Assembly: GCF_001564455.1 (NCBI RefSeq)
Contig: NZ_CP011391.1
Coordinates: 1,560,001 to 1,592,000 of the forward strand
Length of the DNA stretch: 32,000 nt
Direction: 5' to 3'
DNA from: Faecalibaculum rodentium
Lineage (GTDB): Bacteria; Bacillota_I; Bacilli_A; Erysipelotrichales; Erysipelotrichaceae
Below, piece by piece: positions 24,908 through 32,000 of the stretch. A program made the translations under genes and the position numbers. Every line of letters begins with the position of its first letter. The first letter of the stretch is position 1. The notes beneath the pieces are model-generated. The model had not been told where the DNA came from and searched no databases. It saw only the letters and a list, made by a program, of their open reading frames with translations.

Positions 24908-26149
24908 TCACAGACCGGCAGTTTCTGCCGTCCGGACATACTCCCGGATATCCCGCTTGATTTCCTCTGCGGGAATGACCGACTGCTTCCCGAGCCGGTC
25001 AAACTGTTCCCGGTCTTTGCGGGTGTACGGAACATCCGCATATTCCCTTCGCGCCAGCCGGATCATATTCCGACGGCAGTCTTTTTCTGCCGAGATCCGG
25101 TCCCTGCCTCTGATCCAGGCGGAAGCCAGGACCGCCAGAAGGACAAAGCCCATATACCCGAGGAATGGATACGTCAGGGAAATCAGGCTCCTGAATCCCC
25201 CAAAACTGCATCCATAACCCGCAGCCACAAACAGGATCAGGTATTTGCGCACCCGCACACTGTTTCCACCGCCAAACCGGCACGCCAGGCCATAATACAG
25301 AGAGAAGGCCGTATTGAAGATCAGGAAGAAAATCACCAGGGCATAGACCAGCCCCAGAGCCGGCGATATGGCATTGACGATTTCCAGGATCGGCATTTCG
25401 GCACCTTTCACCATGCCAATGTTCAGGAACATGCTGATGTAGGCACCGGTAATGATCAGGCCCACCAGGGCACCACCCAGTGCACCGCCTTTCTCCGCTG
25501 TGCCGATCTTGACTATGGATCCGCCCAGGACAAACCCCATGGAAACACCGGTCATGGCACAAAGCGAAAAGTAGTTCAGTGCCGACAGCCCGATATTGGG
25601 CAGCGGTGACGGAATCCCTGCTGTTTCGCTGCTGAGAGCGGCTATGTCCAGAGGCTTCGTCGAAATGGAATACGCTGTGATCAGGACAATGAACAGAATG
25701 ACCACCGGCGTGAAGATTCCCAGGACTTTCGTGATTTTGTCAAAATCCAGAAACGTCACTGCGATGATCAGCAGGGCACAGAACAGTGCACCGGCCCAGG
25801 ACGGAATCCCGAACTGCTGATTGAGGTTGGAACCAGCACCGGACAGCATCACAAAACCGATGATGAACCCCGCGGCGATCAGTGTCCAGTCAATGATCCG
25901 GTTCGTGACCGGACCGGCAATGGCCCCCAGCACTTCACTGTGACTATTGGACCGGAAATAGCTGCCGAGTGTCACGATGATTTTTCCGAAAACGACATTC
26001 AGCACACAGAACAGCAGGATCCCCCAGATTCCCTGTTTTCCGAAGGACAGGAAATACTGGAGAATGTCCTGGCCGGAGGACAGGCCCGCTCCGACAATGA
26101 CGCCCACATAAGCCATGGCGATGGATACAGATTCTTTGAACTCTTTCAT
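24908..26149 (-). CDS. YkvI-family polytopic membrane protein (putative transporter) with a charged C-terminal tail
   Basis: 413 aa from MKEFKESVSIAMAYVGVIVGAGLSSGQDILQYF..., which matches my memory of the YkvI N-terminal signature (VGAGFASGQEI). About 11-12 TMs. GAGGTG SD before the ATG at 26149; the track start at 26293 lacks an SD. Confidence 0.7.
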   Translation of the reverse strand: MKEFKESVSIAMAYVGVIVGAGLSSGQDILQYFLSFGKQGIWGILLFCVLNVVFGKIIVTLGSYFRSNSHSEVLGAIAGPVTNRIIDWTLIAAGFIIGFVMLSGAGSNLNQQFGIPSWAGALFCALLIIAVTFLDFDKITKVLGIFTPVVILFIVLITAYSISTKPLDIAALSSETAGIPSPLPNIGLSALNYFSLCAMTGVSMGFVLGGSIVKIGTAEKGGALGGALVGLIITGAYISMFLNIGMVKGAEMPILEIVNAISPALGLVYALVIFFLIFNTAFSLYYGLACRFGGGNSVRVRKYLILFVAAGYGCSFGGFRSLISLTYPFLGYMGFVLLAVLASAWIRGRDRISAEKDCRRNMIRLARREYADVPYTRKDREQFDRLGKQSVIPAEEIKRDIREYVRTAETAGL

Positions 26150-26245
26150 CAACACCTCGATTTCTTCCATGTACAAACGACAGGGAGCCACGCAGCCAAA
26201 GGATGGCTCCCGCATAAAGAACATCCGGATACTCCGGAAAGAACA

Positions 26246-26280
26246 ATAAAAAAACATCTGTCCCGGAAGAAACAGACAGA
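26246..26280 (-). terminator. Terminator-like hairpin plus U7 inside the leader of the ykvI-like gene (candidate attenuator)
   Basis: RNA UCUGUC-uguuucuuccgg-GACAGA-ug-UUUUUUUAUUG, about 100 nt upstream of the start codon. It is followed by two further hairpins: UCCGGA-gua-UCCGGA, and GGGAGCCA-13 nt-UGGCUCCC at 26183-26211. Confidence 0.4.
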
Positions 26281-26595
26281 CAGGAACCCGCAAATCAGGT
26301 TCAGTCTCTGTGACCAGGCAGGATACAGACAGGAATCAAAACAGATATATCCATATCAAATTCACTAAAATCATACCAAACTATACGATTATTTCCATTG
26401 AGAAGACCGACAAATTGTGGACTTCGAAAAAGACACGGCGACACTCTGAGAACACCTGAAGACTGCACCGCCTGAACCCGGTGTCTGCCCCTTGCTTTCC
26501 CTGATATTCCCGGGGCACAACCCCTGATGTCCCTGTCCCAAAACAGGTCACATCATAAAGAAAGGCCTGAGACCTTCTCCTGCCACAGACAGGAA
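26276..26595. repeat. Three copies of the 11-mer ACAGACAGGAA (minus strand TTCCTGTCTGT)
   Basis: Exact copies at 26276-26286, 26325-26335 and 26585-26595. All lie in the lgt to ykvI-like intergenic region and in the same orientation. Confidence 0.7.
26370..26397 (-). promoter_or_regulatory. Candidate extended -10 promoter in the AT-rich patch upstream of the ykvI-like gene
   Basis: Minus strand TGgTATGAT (26378-26370) with a weak TGGAAA 16 nt upstream. It lies in the most AT-rich segment of the window. Confidence 0.3.
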
Positions 26596-26602
26596 AAGAG
26601 CC

Positions 26603-27370
26603 TCAAGCCTTCTTTGTCATACCATTTTTGTATTTTTTCCGCATGACGACCAGGATCGCAATGCCGGCAGCCAGCGTGAAGACGGAAATGAACTGTGAAG
26701 TGGAGAGGGTTCCCACTGCACCCCGGATCAGGTCGCCGCGGAAGAACTCGATGATGAAACGCCCCACTGAATACAGGATCAGGTACCAGGCACCGACTTC
26801 GCCGTTGAACTTCTTCCGCTTTGCGATCCAGCACAGAAAGAAGAACATCCCGAAGTCAAACGCCGAGGAAATCAGCTGGCTGGGAAACAGCGGAATGCCA
26901 GCCGGAGCCAGTCCGCCTTCCGGGAATGTGATGCCCCATTCCACCGGAATGCCGTAGCAGCATCCCGCAAAGAAGCAGCCCAGTCGCCCGAATCCCTGTG
27001 CGAGCGCCACTTCCGGTATCAGAAGGTCAAACCACTCCATGAAATTCATTTGATGACGCCGGCAGTACCAGAGCCCGCCAAGCAAACCACCGATGATGCC
27101 GCCATAGACCACCCAGCCGTCTTCGAGATTCATCAGGATCCCCGGATCGGCAATGATGTCCGGCAGCCTTGTCAGGATATAGAGCAGCTTGGAGCAGGCA
27201 AACCCCGTAATGCACACCGTCAGGGTGATGCCTTCAAGATGAGATGTATCCATCCCCATGGCTTTGCCCCGACGGTCCGCCACAAAGAAGGCGGCCAGGA
27301 TGCCAATGGCAATCAGGAACCCGTAGGTGTACACCGTCAGGGGCCCCAGATGAAAGAGTTCAAAATGCAT
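26603..27370 (-). CDS. lgt: Prolipoprotein diacylglyceryl transferase
   Basis: 255 aa. ...LTVYTYGFLIAIGIL...YGGIIGG...FGRLGCFFAGCCYG...LFPSQL...GRFIIEFFRGD... are Lgt hallmark blocks. GGAGA SD upstream. Confidence 0.92.
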   Translation of the reverse strand: MHFELFHLGPLTVYTYGFLIAIGILAAFFVADRRGKAMGMDTSHLEGITLTVCITGFACSKLLYILTRLPDIIADPGILMNLEDGWVVYGGIIGGLLGGLWYCRRHQMNFMEWFDLLIPEVALAQGFGRLGCFFAGCCYGIPVEWGITFPEGGLAPAGIPLFPSQLISSAFDFGMFFFLCWIAKRKKFNGEVGAWYLILYSVGRFIIEFFRGDLIRGAVGTLSTSQFISVFTLAAGIAILVVMRKKYKNGMTKKA

Positions 27371-27460
27371 ATGAGTCTCCGTTCTACTGTATCAGCAGGC
27401 CGCATGTACAACGGCCTTTTCTGTAAAGATCACGTGATCCGGATGGATGTCCGCACCTGA

Positions 27461-27760
27461 TCACATCAGCACGAGAAGCAGCCAGACAGCCCCGGCACTG
27501 GCAAGCACGGCGGTGATTGGAGGCCAGTTCATCAGTCCGCAGAAAACCGACAGTCCGATCGTCGTCAGACAGGCAGTCGCATTGGGTGATGACTGGATGA
27601 CACCGGGAAAAATCAGGGCAGCCATGACCGAGACCGGCAGCAGCCGCAGGAATTTCCTTGCGCCTCTGGAAAAGTGCATCCGGGAAATAAAAACCGCCGG
27701 CAGGATCCGGGGAATCGCTGTGGAGAGCGCCAGGCAGATGGTCAGCACCAGCATGTTCAT
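27461..27760 (-). CDS. azlD: Branched-chain amino acid exporter small subunit AzlD
   Basis: 99 aa, 3-4 TM (MNMLVLTICLALSTAIPRILPAVF...). ATGA overlap with azlC and a strong GAAGGAGGAGG SD. Confidence 0.8.
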   Translation of the reverse strand: MNMLVLTICLALSTAIPRILPAVFISRMHFSRGARKFLRLLPVSVMAALIFPGVIQSSPNATACLTTIGLSVFCGLMNWPPITAVLASAGAVWLLLVLM

Positions 27761-28437
27761 GGCAGGTCCTCCTCCTTCACCAGAAACATCCCCGCTGCAG
27801 CCCCCGCAAGAGACCCGATGATGATTCCCTGGCTGGAGTCGATCAGTGTGCTGGTCACAGCCGAAACTATCACCACCATGGCAAGCGGCAGGTGCTGCCG
27901 GATCTGCGGCGTGAGAATGGAAATGAAGAGGGCATACAGCGAAATGCCAAGGGCGCTCATCAGTTCCGGCGGCAGGAACGTCGTCATCCCGCAGCCGATG
28001 CACGTGCCGATGACCCAGGAAGCCCAGGCTCCCAGAGCGATCCCTGCGAAACAGGCTGCGTTGTCAGCTCCCTTCGCCTGCCCTCCGGCGGTTTCCAGCG
28101 CGAAGACTTCATCCGTGATGCCCAGACTCAGCAGCACACGAACCCCCAGAGAACTGCGGCGCAGGCGCTCCATAATCACTGTGCTCATGATCACATGGCG
28201 GAGATTCATGATGAACACCGCTGTGGTGATCCCCAGCAGAGACACACCCTGGCCGATCATGGCCACCGCCGCCATCTGCCCGGCACCTGTGTAGACAAAC
28301 AGTGACATGGCCACGGTCTGCCAGGGAGTCAGTCCTGTGGACAAAGCTGTGGCTGCATAGGCTACAGCCACCGGTATGTAGCCTGTCATGATAGGGGTGC
28401 TCAGCACCAGCCCTTTCCTGAATCCCTTCCAGTTCAT
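27757..28437 (-). CDS. azlC: Branched-chain amino acid exporter large subunit AzlC
   Basis: 226 aa from MNWKGFRKGLVLSTPIMTGYIPVAVAYA...FVYTGAGQMAAV...LRHVIMS...: the AzlC family pattern. The start was chosen by family N-terminus; SD spacing is short, so the start is uncertain. Confidence 0.8.
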   Translation of the reverse strand: MNWKGFRKGLVLSTPIMTGYIPVAVAYAATALSTGLTPWQTVAMSLFVYTGAGQMAAVAMIGQGVSLLGITTAVFIMNLRHVIMSTVIMERLRRSSLGVRVLLSLGITDEVFALETAGGQAKGADNAACFAGIALGAWASWVIGTCIGCGMTTFLPPELMSALGISLYALFISILTPQIRQHLPLAMVVIVSAVTSTLIDSSQGIIIGSLAGAAAGMFLVKEEDLP

Positions 28438-28552
28438 ATCCTTCAGTGTACCAACAGCGAAAGCTTGCCGCAACCTGCCTCTGGTGGCGTGTGGTCGTTT
28501 ACCGACCCTCCCGCAACCGGATAGCCGCAACTCCGGCGCACAGCATCCGGTT

Positions 28553-28581
28553 ATAAAAACACACCGGGATCACCGATGTGT
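28553..28581 (-). terminator. Rho-independent terminator after the DUF2500-like ORF
   Basis: RNA ACACAUCGG-ugauc-CCGGUGUGU (9 bp, one U-G pair) followed by UUUUUAU. Confidence 0.75.
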
Positions 28582-28593
28582 GGACTATTGTGA

Positions 28594-28851
28594 TTATGCC
28601 TGCAGGCGAAGCCAGGAACGTTCTGTGACTGTCTGGCTGAAGCTGTTTCGAATGGTGCCAAAGGATTCCATGCGGTTGCTGGAGTATGTCAGCATCCCTT
28701 TCTGTCCGATCCGTCCGGCATTGTAGGCATCTGCGGAGACCCGGAAAGAACAGATGCCCTTCGGTGTCTGGAATACCATGCGGTAAACCGGCTGCTCTCC
28801 ATAGGCGGCAGCGGATTTGTTGATCAGGACAGCATTCAAGGATTCTTTCAT
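28594..28851 (-). CDS. Small DUF2500-like protein lacking the usual N-terminal TM helix (tentative)
   Basis: 85 aa. ...PVYRMVFQTPKGICSFRVSADAYNAGRIGQKGMLTYSSNRMESFG resembles the DUF2500 core as I remember it (YyVTFE..g.r.ef.V....Y..l.eGd.G.L.yqG.r...F). ATG at 28851, or TTG at 28854, directly after in-frame stops. Confidence 0.4.
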   Translation of the reverse strand: MKESLNAVLINKSAAAYGEQPVYRMVFQTPKGICSFRVSADAYNAGRIGQKGMLTYSSNRMESFGTIRNSFSQTVTERSWLRLQA

Positions 28852-29040
28852 CAACTATCATTTCCCTTCTGTGTTGCAGCTTCATTGTATACCCCGGTAA
28901 AGAATAATGGAAGGGATTACATCCTGCAGTAAACCACATTGTTCCATCCAGGGAGAAATCCGGCTTCTACGGAACACCGGACACCTTTTTGTCACACTGA
29001 CTGTCCGGTTCAGCCCTCGCTGACTCTCCGGTTTCGGCAC

Positions 29041-29667
29041 TCAGTATTCTCTGGACTCCAGCATCCTCTTGCTGATGAACGCAGAAAGCGCACACCCTGC
29101 ACTGCAGAGCGCCGCGAGCAACAGGAAGACCGTCATCCGGTGGTTTTGCACCCATTCCCAAAAGAATGTATCTGGCAGCGTTGCCTCTCCCATAACATAG
29201 GAAAGAATGGCTGCAGCGAACATCAGCAGAACTACCATCCAGATCCGCACTCCGGTATCAAACCGGATCGCCATCGGGATCAGAACCGCCGTGAAGAAAA
29301 GCAGCCAGATCACGCCGATTGCCAGCGCTTCCGGCAGATCTGCAGCATGATATGGGCGAAACAGCACGCACAGACCGCCCGCTGTCAGTATTCCCAGGCC
29401 GCAAAGGCCCAGAATCAGGGCGTATTTTTCGCGGACAAACTGCCGGCGGGAAACCGGAAGCGCGAACAGGAACCGTGCTGTTTCCGGCTGCAGACTCTGC
29501 AATACCAGCTGCAGCAGACTGCCATGGAGAATGATGGTCAGATACAGCATGATCAGGGAGATCTGGATATCCAGAACCAGGTACAGACCCAGAAGACCCG
29601 GCAGCGAGAGCAGAAACCGCTTCTGATGCTTCAGCCACAGCAGGTCGCTCACAAAGAGACCGTTCAT
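29041..29667 (-). CDS. ABC-2-type transporter permease (paralog 2)
   Basis: 208 aa, 6 TM. Begins MNGLFVSDLLWLKHQKRFLL and contains SRFLFALPVSRRQFVREKY, clearly paralogous to the upstream ORF. AGGAGGAGG SD upstream. Confidence 0.7.
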   Translation of the reverse strand: MNGLFVSDLLWLKHQKRFLLSLPGLLGLYLVLDIQISLIMLYLTIILHGSLLQLVLQSLQPETARFLFALPVSRRQFVREKYALILGLCGLGILTAGGLCVLFRPYHAADLPEALAIGVIWLLFFTAVLIPMAIRFDTGVRIWMVVLLMFAAAILSYVMGEATLPDTFFWEWVQNHRMTVFLLLAALCSAGCALSAFISKRMLESREY

Positions 29668-29719
29668 ATACCTCCTCCTTTCCAGTCCCGGCAGTCATCG
29701 GCAGGTTGGCTGCGATCCG

Positions 29720-30337
29720 CTACAGTTCCTCCCTGTCCAGGATCCCTTCGCTGACTTTCATGGATACAGCCAGACACACCAGGCCAAGAACGGCCATCCC
29801 ACCGAACACAACCGGCAGATTGCCCTGAATCACCGTCAGCCACTGCGTCACTGTTTCCTGCAGGCTGCCAATCAGCACCGCGGTCAGCGAGGCAAGCACC
29901 ACCACGATCACCGTCAGCCATACCTGCATATTGGAACCCAGGCGGATCATCATCGGGATGAGGATCGCGGAAAAATACAGCAGTTCCAGCACAATGACCC
30001 CCAGCATGGCGCTGAGTTCCAGCATCTTGTCACGTTGACAAACGATGGCCACCGCATACAGGCCAATGGTGAGGACCAGTGTCGATCCCAGAATGAACAG
30101 GTATTTTTCCTGCACATACTGTCGCCGGGTGAAGGGCAGCGTGAAGAGAAACCGGCTGTTTTCAGCCCGCAGGTTCCATTCCAGGGTCCTCAGCAGGAGC
30201 ATCTGGAAAATCACCGAGAGAAACAGCACCATGGTTCCGTCTGTGACCAGGTACAGGATAGTCAGGGCTGTCAGGATCATCAGCAGTTTTTTCTGGCCCT
30301 TGAGCCAAGTCAGGTCATACAAAGCAAGTCCCTTCAT
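29720..30337 (-). CDS. ABC-2-type transporter permease (paralog 1)
   Basis: 205 aa, 6 TM. MKGLALYDLTWLKGQKKLLM...SRFLFTLPFTRRQYVQEKY... It starts 2 nt after the ATPase stop. Confidence 0.7.
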   Translation of the reverse strand: MKGLALYDLTWLKGQKKLLMILTALTILYLVTDGTMVLFLSVIFQMLLLRTLEWNLRAENSRFLFTLPFTRRQYVQEKYLFILGSTLVLTIGLYAVAIVCQRDKMLELSAMLGVIVLELLYFSAILIPMMIRLGSNMQVWLTVIVVVLASLTAVLIGSLQETVTQWLTVIQGNLPVVFGGMAVLGLVCLAVSMKVSEGILDREEL

Positions 30338-30339
30338 GA

Positions 30340-31281
30340 TCAGCGGGTCTCCTTTCCCTTTCGCGTGATCTCTGTTTCCGGATTCCGGTCAATCACCGCA
30401 TCGGCACCTTCAAACAGCAGCAGTGCCTCATCCACACCACCGCGCTCCACCAGCACATGCGGGTAGTTGTCCAGATAAAACTGCCGGTCGCTCACCAGGG
30501 CTTCTATGGACCCGTCAGGGTTTGTCTTTCGGCAAACCACACCTTTCAGATCCACGGATCTGGCCAGACTGGCAGGCACCTTCACATACCCATATTCGTC
30601 CCGGAGCACATCCATGTCCTCTGCCAGCAGGATGCGGCCTCTGGAAATCAGCCGGAAGGAGTCGCAGAGGTTCTCAAGATCCGAAGCAATGTGCGAGCTG
30701 ATCAGGATGCTGCGGCCGGGTGTCTCCATGTATTCCCGCAGCAGGTCCAGGATCTGGTTGCGCGCCACAACATCCAGTCCCGCGGTGGGTTCATCCAGCA
30801 GCAGGATCCTCGGGTGGTGGCTGATGGCGGCAATCACGCGCAGGCGGGCTTTCATGCCGGTGGAAAATGTCTCCAGGGCCTTGTCTGGCGGAATGGAGAA
30901 CCGCTTCACCAGGGCATCGAAATATTCAGGATCAAAGCCGTTGTAAAAAGCCGCCAGGATCCTTTTGACATCCCGGGGTGTAAACACCGCCGGAAATCCG
31001 GTATCCGCCAGAACCACCCCAATCTGTTCCTTTACGGACACTGGCAGAGTGTCCGCAGCCTGTCCGAGCATCCGGCAGCTTCCGTCATCGGCTTTGGCCA
31101 GCCCAGTCAGCAGCCGGAAAAGCGTGGTCTTTCCCGATCCGTTAAGACCCACGAGTCCCACAATGGTGTTTTCAGGCACCGTCAGCGTGACATCAAGCGC
31201 AAAATCCGGATAGTGTTTACACACGGCAGCGCATTCGATCAGTGGTCTGCCACTGTCTTCAGTTCTCGGTGATTCCATCAT
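30340..31281 (-). CDS. ABC transporter ATP-binding protein with a C-terminal extension
   Basis: 313 aa. Walker A GLNGSGKTT, signature FSTGMKARL, Walker B ILLLDEPTAGLD, H-loop ISSHI. ATGA overlap with the regulator stop. Confidence 0.9.
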   Translation of the reverse strand: MMESPRTEDSGRPLIECAAVCKHYPDFALDVTLTVPENTIVGLVGLNGSGKTTLFRLLTGLAKADDGSCRMLGQAADTLPVSVKEQIGVVLADTGFPAVFTPRDVKRILAAFYNGFDPEYFDALVKRFSIPPDKALETFSTGMKARLRVIAAISHHPRILLLDEPTAGLDVVARNQILDLLREYMETPGRSILISSHIASDLENLCDSFRLISRGRILLAEDMDVLRDEYGYVKVPASLARSVDLKGVVCRKTNPDGSIEALVSDRQFYLDNYPHVLVERGGVDEALLLFEGADAVIDRNPETEITRKGKETR

Positions 31282-31655
31282 CTGTATTCCTCCATGAGCA
31301 TCCGGACCAGGTCCAGGATCTCCTCCTCTGTCATTTTCATGGCCCTCGCCTTTGCCAGTGCCTGCAGAAACTGGGATTCCAGCTGCTTCTGCAGTTCTTC
31401 CTGGACGGTATTGGCAGAGATCTCCGCCACATAGGTGCCCTTCCCATGGACCGTATGGACGAATCCTTCTTCCTCCAGCAAGTCGTAGGCTTTTTTCACG
31501 GTCAGCGCCGACACCCGGTATTCCCGGGCAAATCCCCGCACGGAAGGCAGCGGATCCTGTGCCTGGAGGGTTCCTTCCCGGATCTGCAGCCGGATCTGGC
31601 CCGCAATCTGTTCGTAGATTGGTTCCATGGAAGTGTGTGATATCTGGATTTCCAT
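31278..31655 (-). CDS. GntR-family transcriptional regulator, YtrA subfamily (short C-terminal domain)
   Basis: 125 aa from MEIQISHTSMEPIYEQIAGQIRLQIREGTLQAQDPLPSVRGFAREYRVSALTVKKAYDLLEEEGFVHTVHGKGTYV, then a short helical tail. GAGGAGG SD before the ATG at 31655. Confidence 0.85.
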   Translation of the reverse strand: MEIQISHTSMEPIYEQIAGQIRLQIREGTLQAQDPLPSVRGFAREYRVSALTVKKAYDLLEEEGFVHTVHGKGTYVAEISANTVQEELQKQLESQFLQALAKARAMKMTEEEILDLVRMLMEEYR

Positions 31656-31706
31656 GGGACGCCTCCTCTCTGCCGGTCCATTGAGGGCCAGTTTCTTCGC
31701 GAAAAC

Positions 31707-31736
31707 AGTATACAACAGCTAGGCACAGTGTGTAAA
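31707..31736 (-). promoter_or_regulatory. Candidate promoter of the YtrA-type operon
   Basis: On the minus strand: TTTACA (31736-31731), 18 nt spacer, TATACT (31712-31707). TACTGTT occurs twice nearby and may be part of the operator. Confidence 0.45.
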
Positions 31737-31755
31737 CACCATATAACAGTAAAAT

Positions 31756-31764
31756 ACAGACAGG
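31756..31764. repeat. Fourth copy of the ACAGACAGG core, upstream of the YtrA-type operon promoter
   Basis: ACAGACAGG lies at 31756-31764 in the same orientation, about 20 bp upstream of the candidate -35 of the GntR/ABC operon. Confidence 0.5.
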
Positions 31765-31807
31765 GGTGCCGATGGTGGCTTCGACTGCCGGCTGTATAGG
31801 TTTCCGG

Positions 31808-31849
31808 GAACAGAAAAGGCAGCCCTTCCTGGTGTGAACCGGCTGCCTT
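31808..31849 (-). terminator. Rho-independent terminator of the gene entering from the window end
   Basis: AAGGCAGCC (31816-31824) pairs with GGCTGCCTT (31841-31849), followed on the minus-strand RNA by UUUUCUGUU. Confidence 0.7.
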
Positions 31850-31854
31850 TTTCG

Positions 31855-32000
31855 TCACGTTTCCTGTATATAGAGCTGTGTGCTGCGTGGAAATTCCCGG
31901 GCAAAGGCTTCCTTCAGCGCTTTCTTTGCGGAGGCAGTTACGAGGGTGGTCTGGCTGTTCACAAAACCGGATTCCGTCAAAACCCACTCGCCACCTGTCT
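31855..32000 (-). CDS. C-terminal fragment of an unidentified protein (gene continues beyond the window end)
   Basis: My translation of the minus strand, frame ending at the TGA (31857-31855): ...TGGEWVLTESGFVNSQTTLVTASAKKALKEAFAREFPRSTQLYIQET*. A terminator follows directly. Not in the ORF track because it is open at the edge. Confidence 0.4.
   Translation of the reverse strand, partial: TGGEWVLTESGFVNSQTTLVTASAKKALKEAFAREFPRSTQLYIQET

Noticed and set aside
27428-27439. Perfect 12-bp palindrome GATCACGTGATC between azlD and lgt as an operator
   Set aside because: Several perfect 12-bp palindromes are expected by chance in 32 kb (about 32000/4^6). There is no second copy or phased partner. 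The adjacent GGCCG/CGGCC hairpin has its U-tract on the wrong strand for azlD termination.
28499-28939. 146-aa ORF overlapping the DUF2500-like ORF in another frame
   Set aside because: No SD and no recognisable motifs. It reads through the terminator hairpin at 28553-28581. The 85-aa frame at least resembles a known small-protein core.
1-32000. CRISPR arrays, rRNA genes, integrases/transposases, prophage or conjugative genes
   Set aside because: I found no regularly spaced direct repeats with unique spacers and no rRNA-like segments. The only mobile-element protein is the intron-encoded RT. The only regular repeats are the short motifs reported above.

Overview
Visibly GC-rich, Firmicutes-style chromosomal window that is almost fully coding, mostly on the minus strand. 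Gene calls come from reading the translated ORFs against protein families I recognise; no database search was run.

Contents in coordinate order:
- 1-6392 (-): a lichenan/cellobiose-type PTS operon. Order is EIIB, LicR-like PRD regulator, EIIA, an unknown 4-TM protein, EIIC, then a GH1 6-phospho-beta-glucosidase that runs off the window start.
- 6393-6921: a 530-bp non-coding region with phased TTGCCGCA repeats, a cre-like site and a very strong bidirectional terminator.
- 6922-14070 (-): seven genes whose start and stop codons overlap or abut. These are CBS-type family II pyrophosphatase, PepT, malic enzyme, patatin-like lipase, aldose-1-epimerase-like protein, a degenerate SIS/AgaS-like protein and an orphan EIIA(Man)-like protein.
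- 14212-14499 (-): hup (HU).
- 14658-16567 (-): a complete ~1.9-kb group II intron with an RT/maturase ORF. It is inserted 8 nt after the terminator of tRNA-Thr(GGU).
- 16605-20787 (-): tRNA-Thr, maf, a DUF1461/Lit-like membrane protein, a stand-alone ACT protein, thrB and thrC.
- 20877-24364 (+): hom, aspartokinase and asd, transcribed divergently from an 89-bp shared control region.
- 24407-24907: a hairpin-rich non-coding island.
- 24908-31655 (-): a YkvI-family membrane protein with a long structured leader, lgt, azlCD, a DUF2500-like ORF, and a YtrA-type GntR / ABC ATPase / two ABC-2 permease module.

Most long ORFs opposite these genes in the six-frame track are antisense shadows typical of GC-rich DNA. 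I see no CRISPR array, rRNA, prophage or recognisable defence island.

The items most worth follow-up:
- the intron, because the first 10 nt of its own 5' end recur immediately after its 3' splice site;
- the orphan EIIA(Man) / degenerate-SIS / mutarotase-like trio at the end of the seven-gene coupled operon;
- several repeat-bearing or structured leaders upstream of the PTS operon, the ykvI-like gene and azlC.
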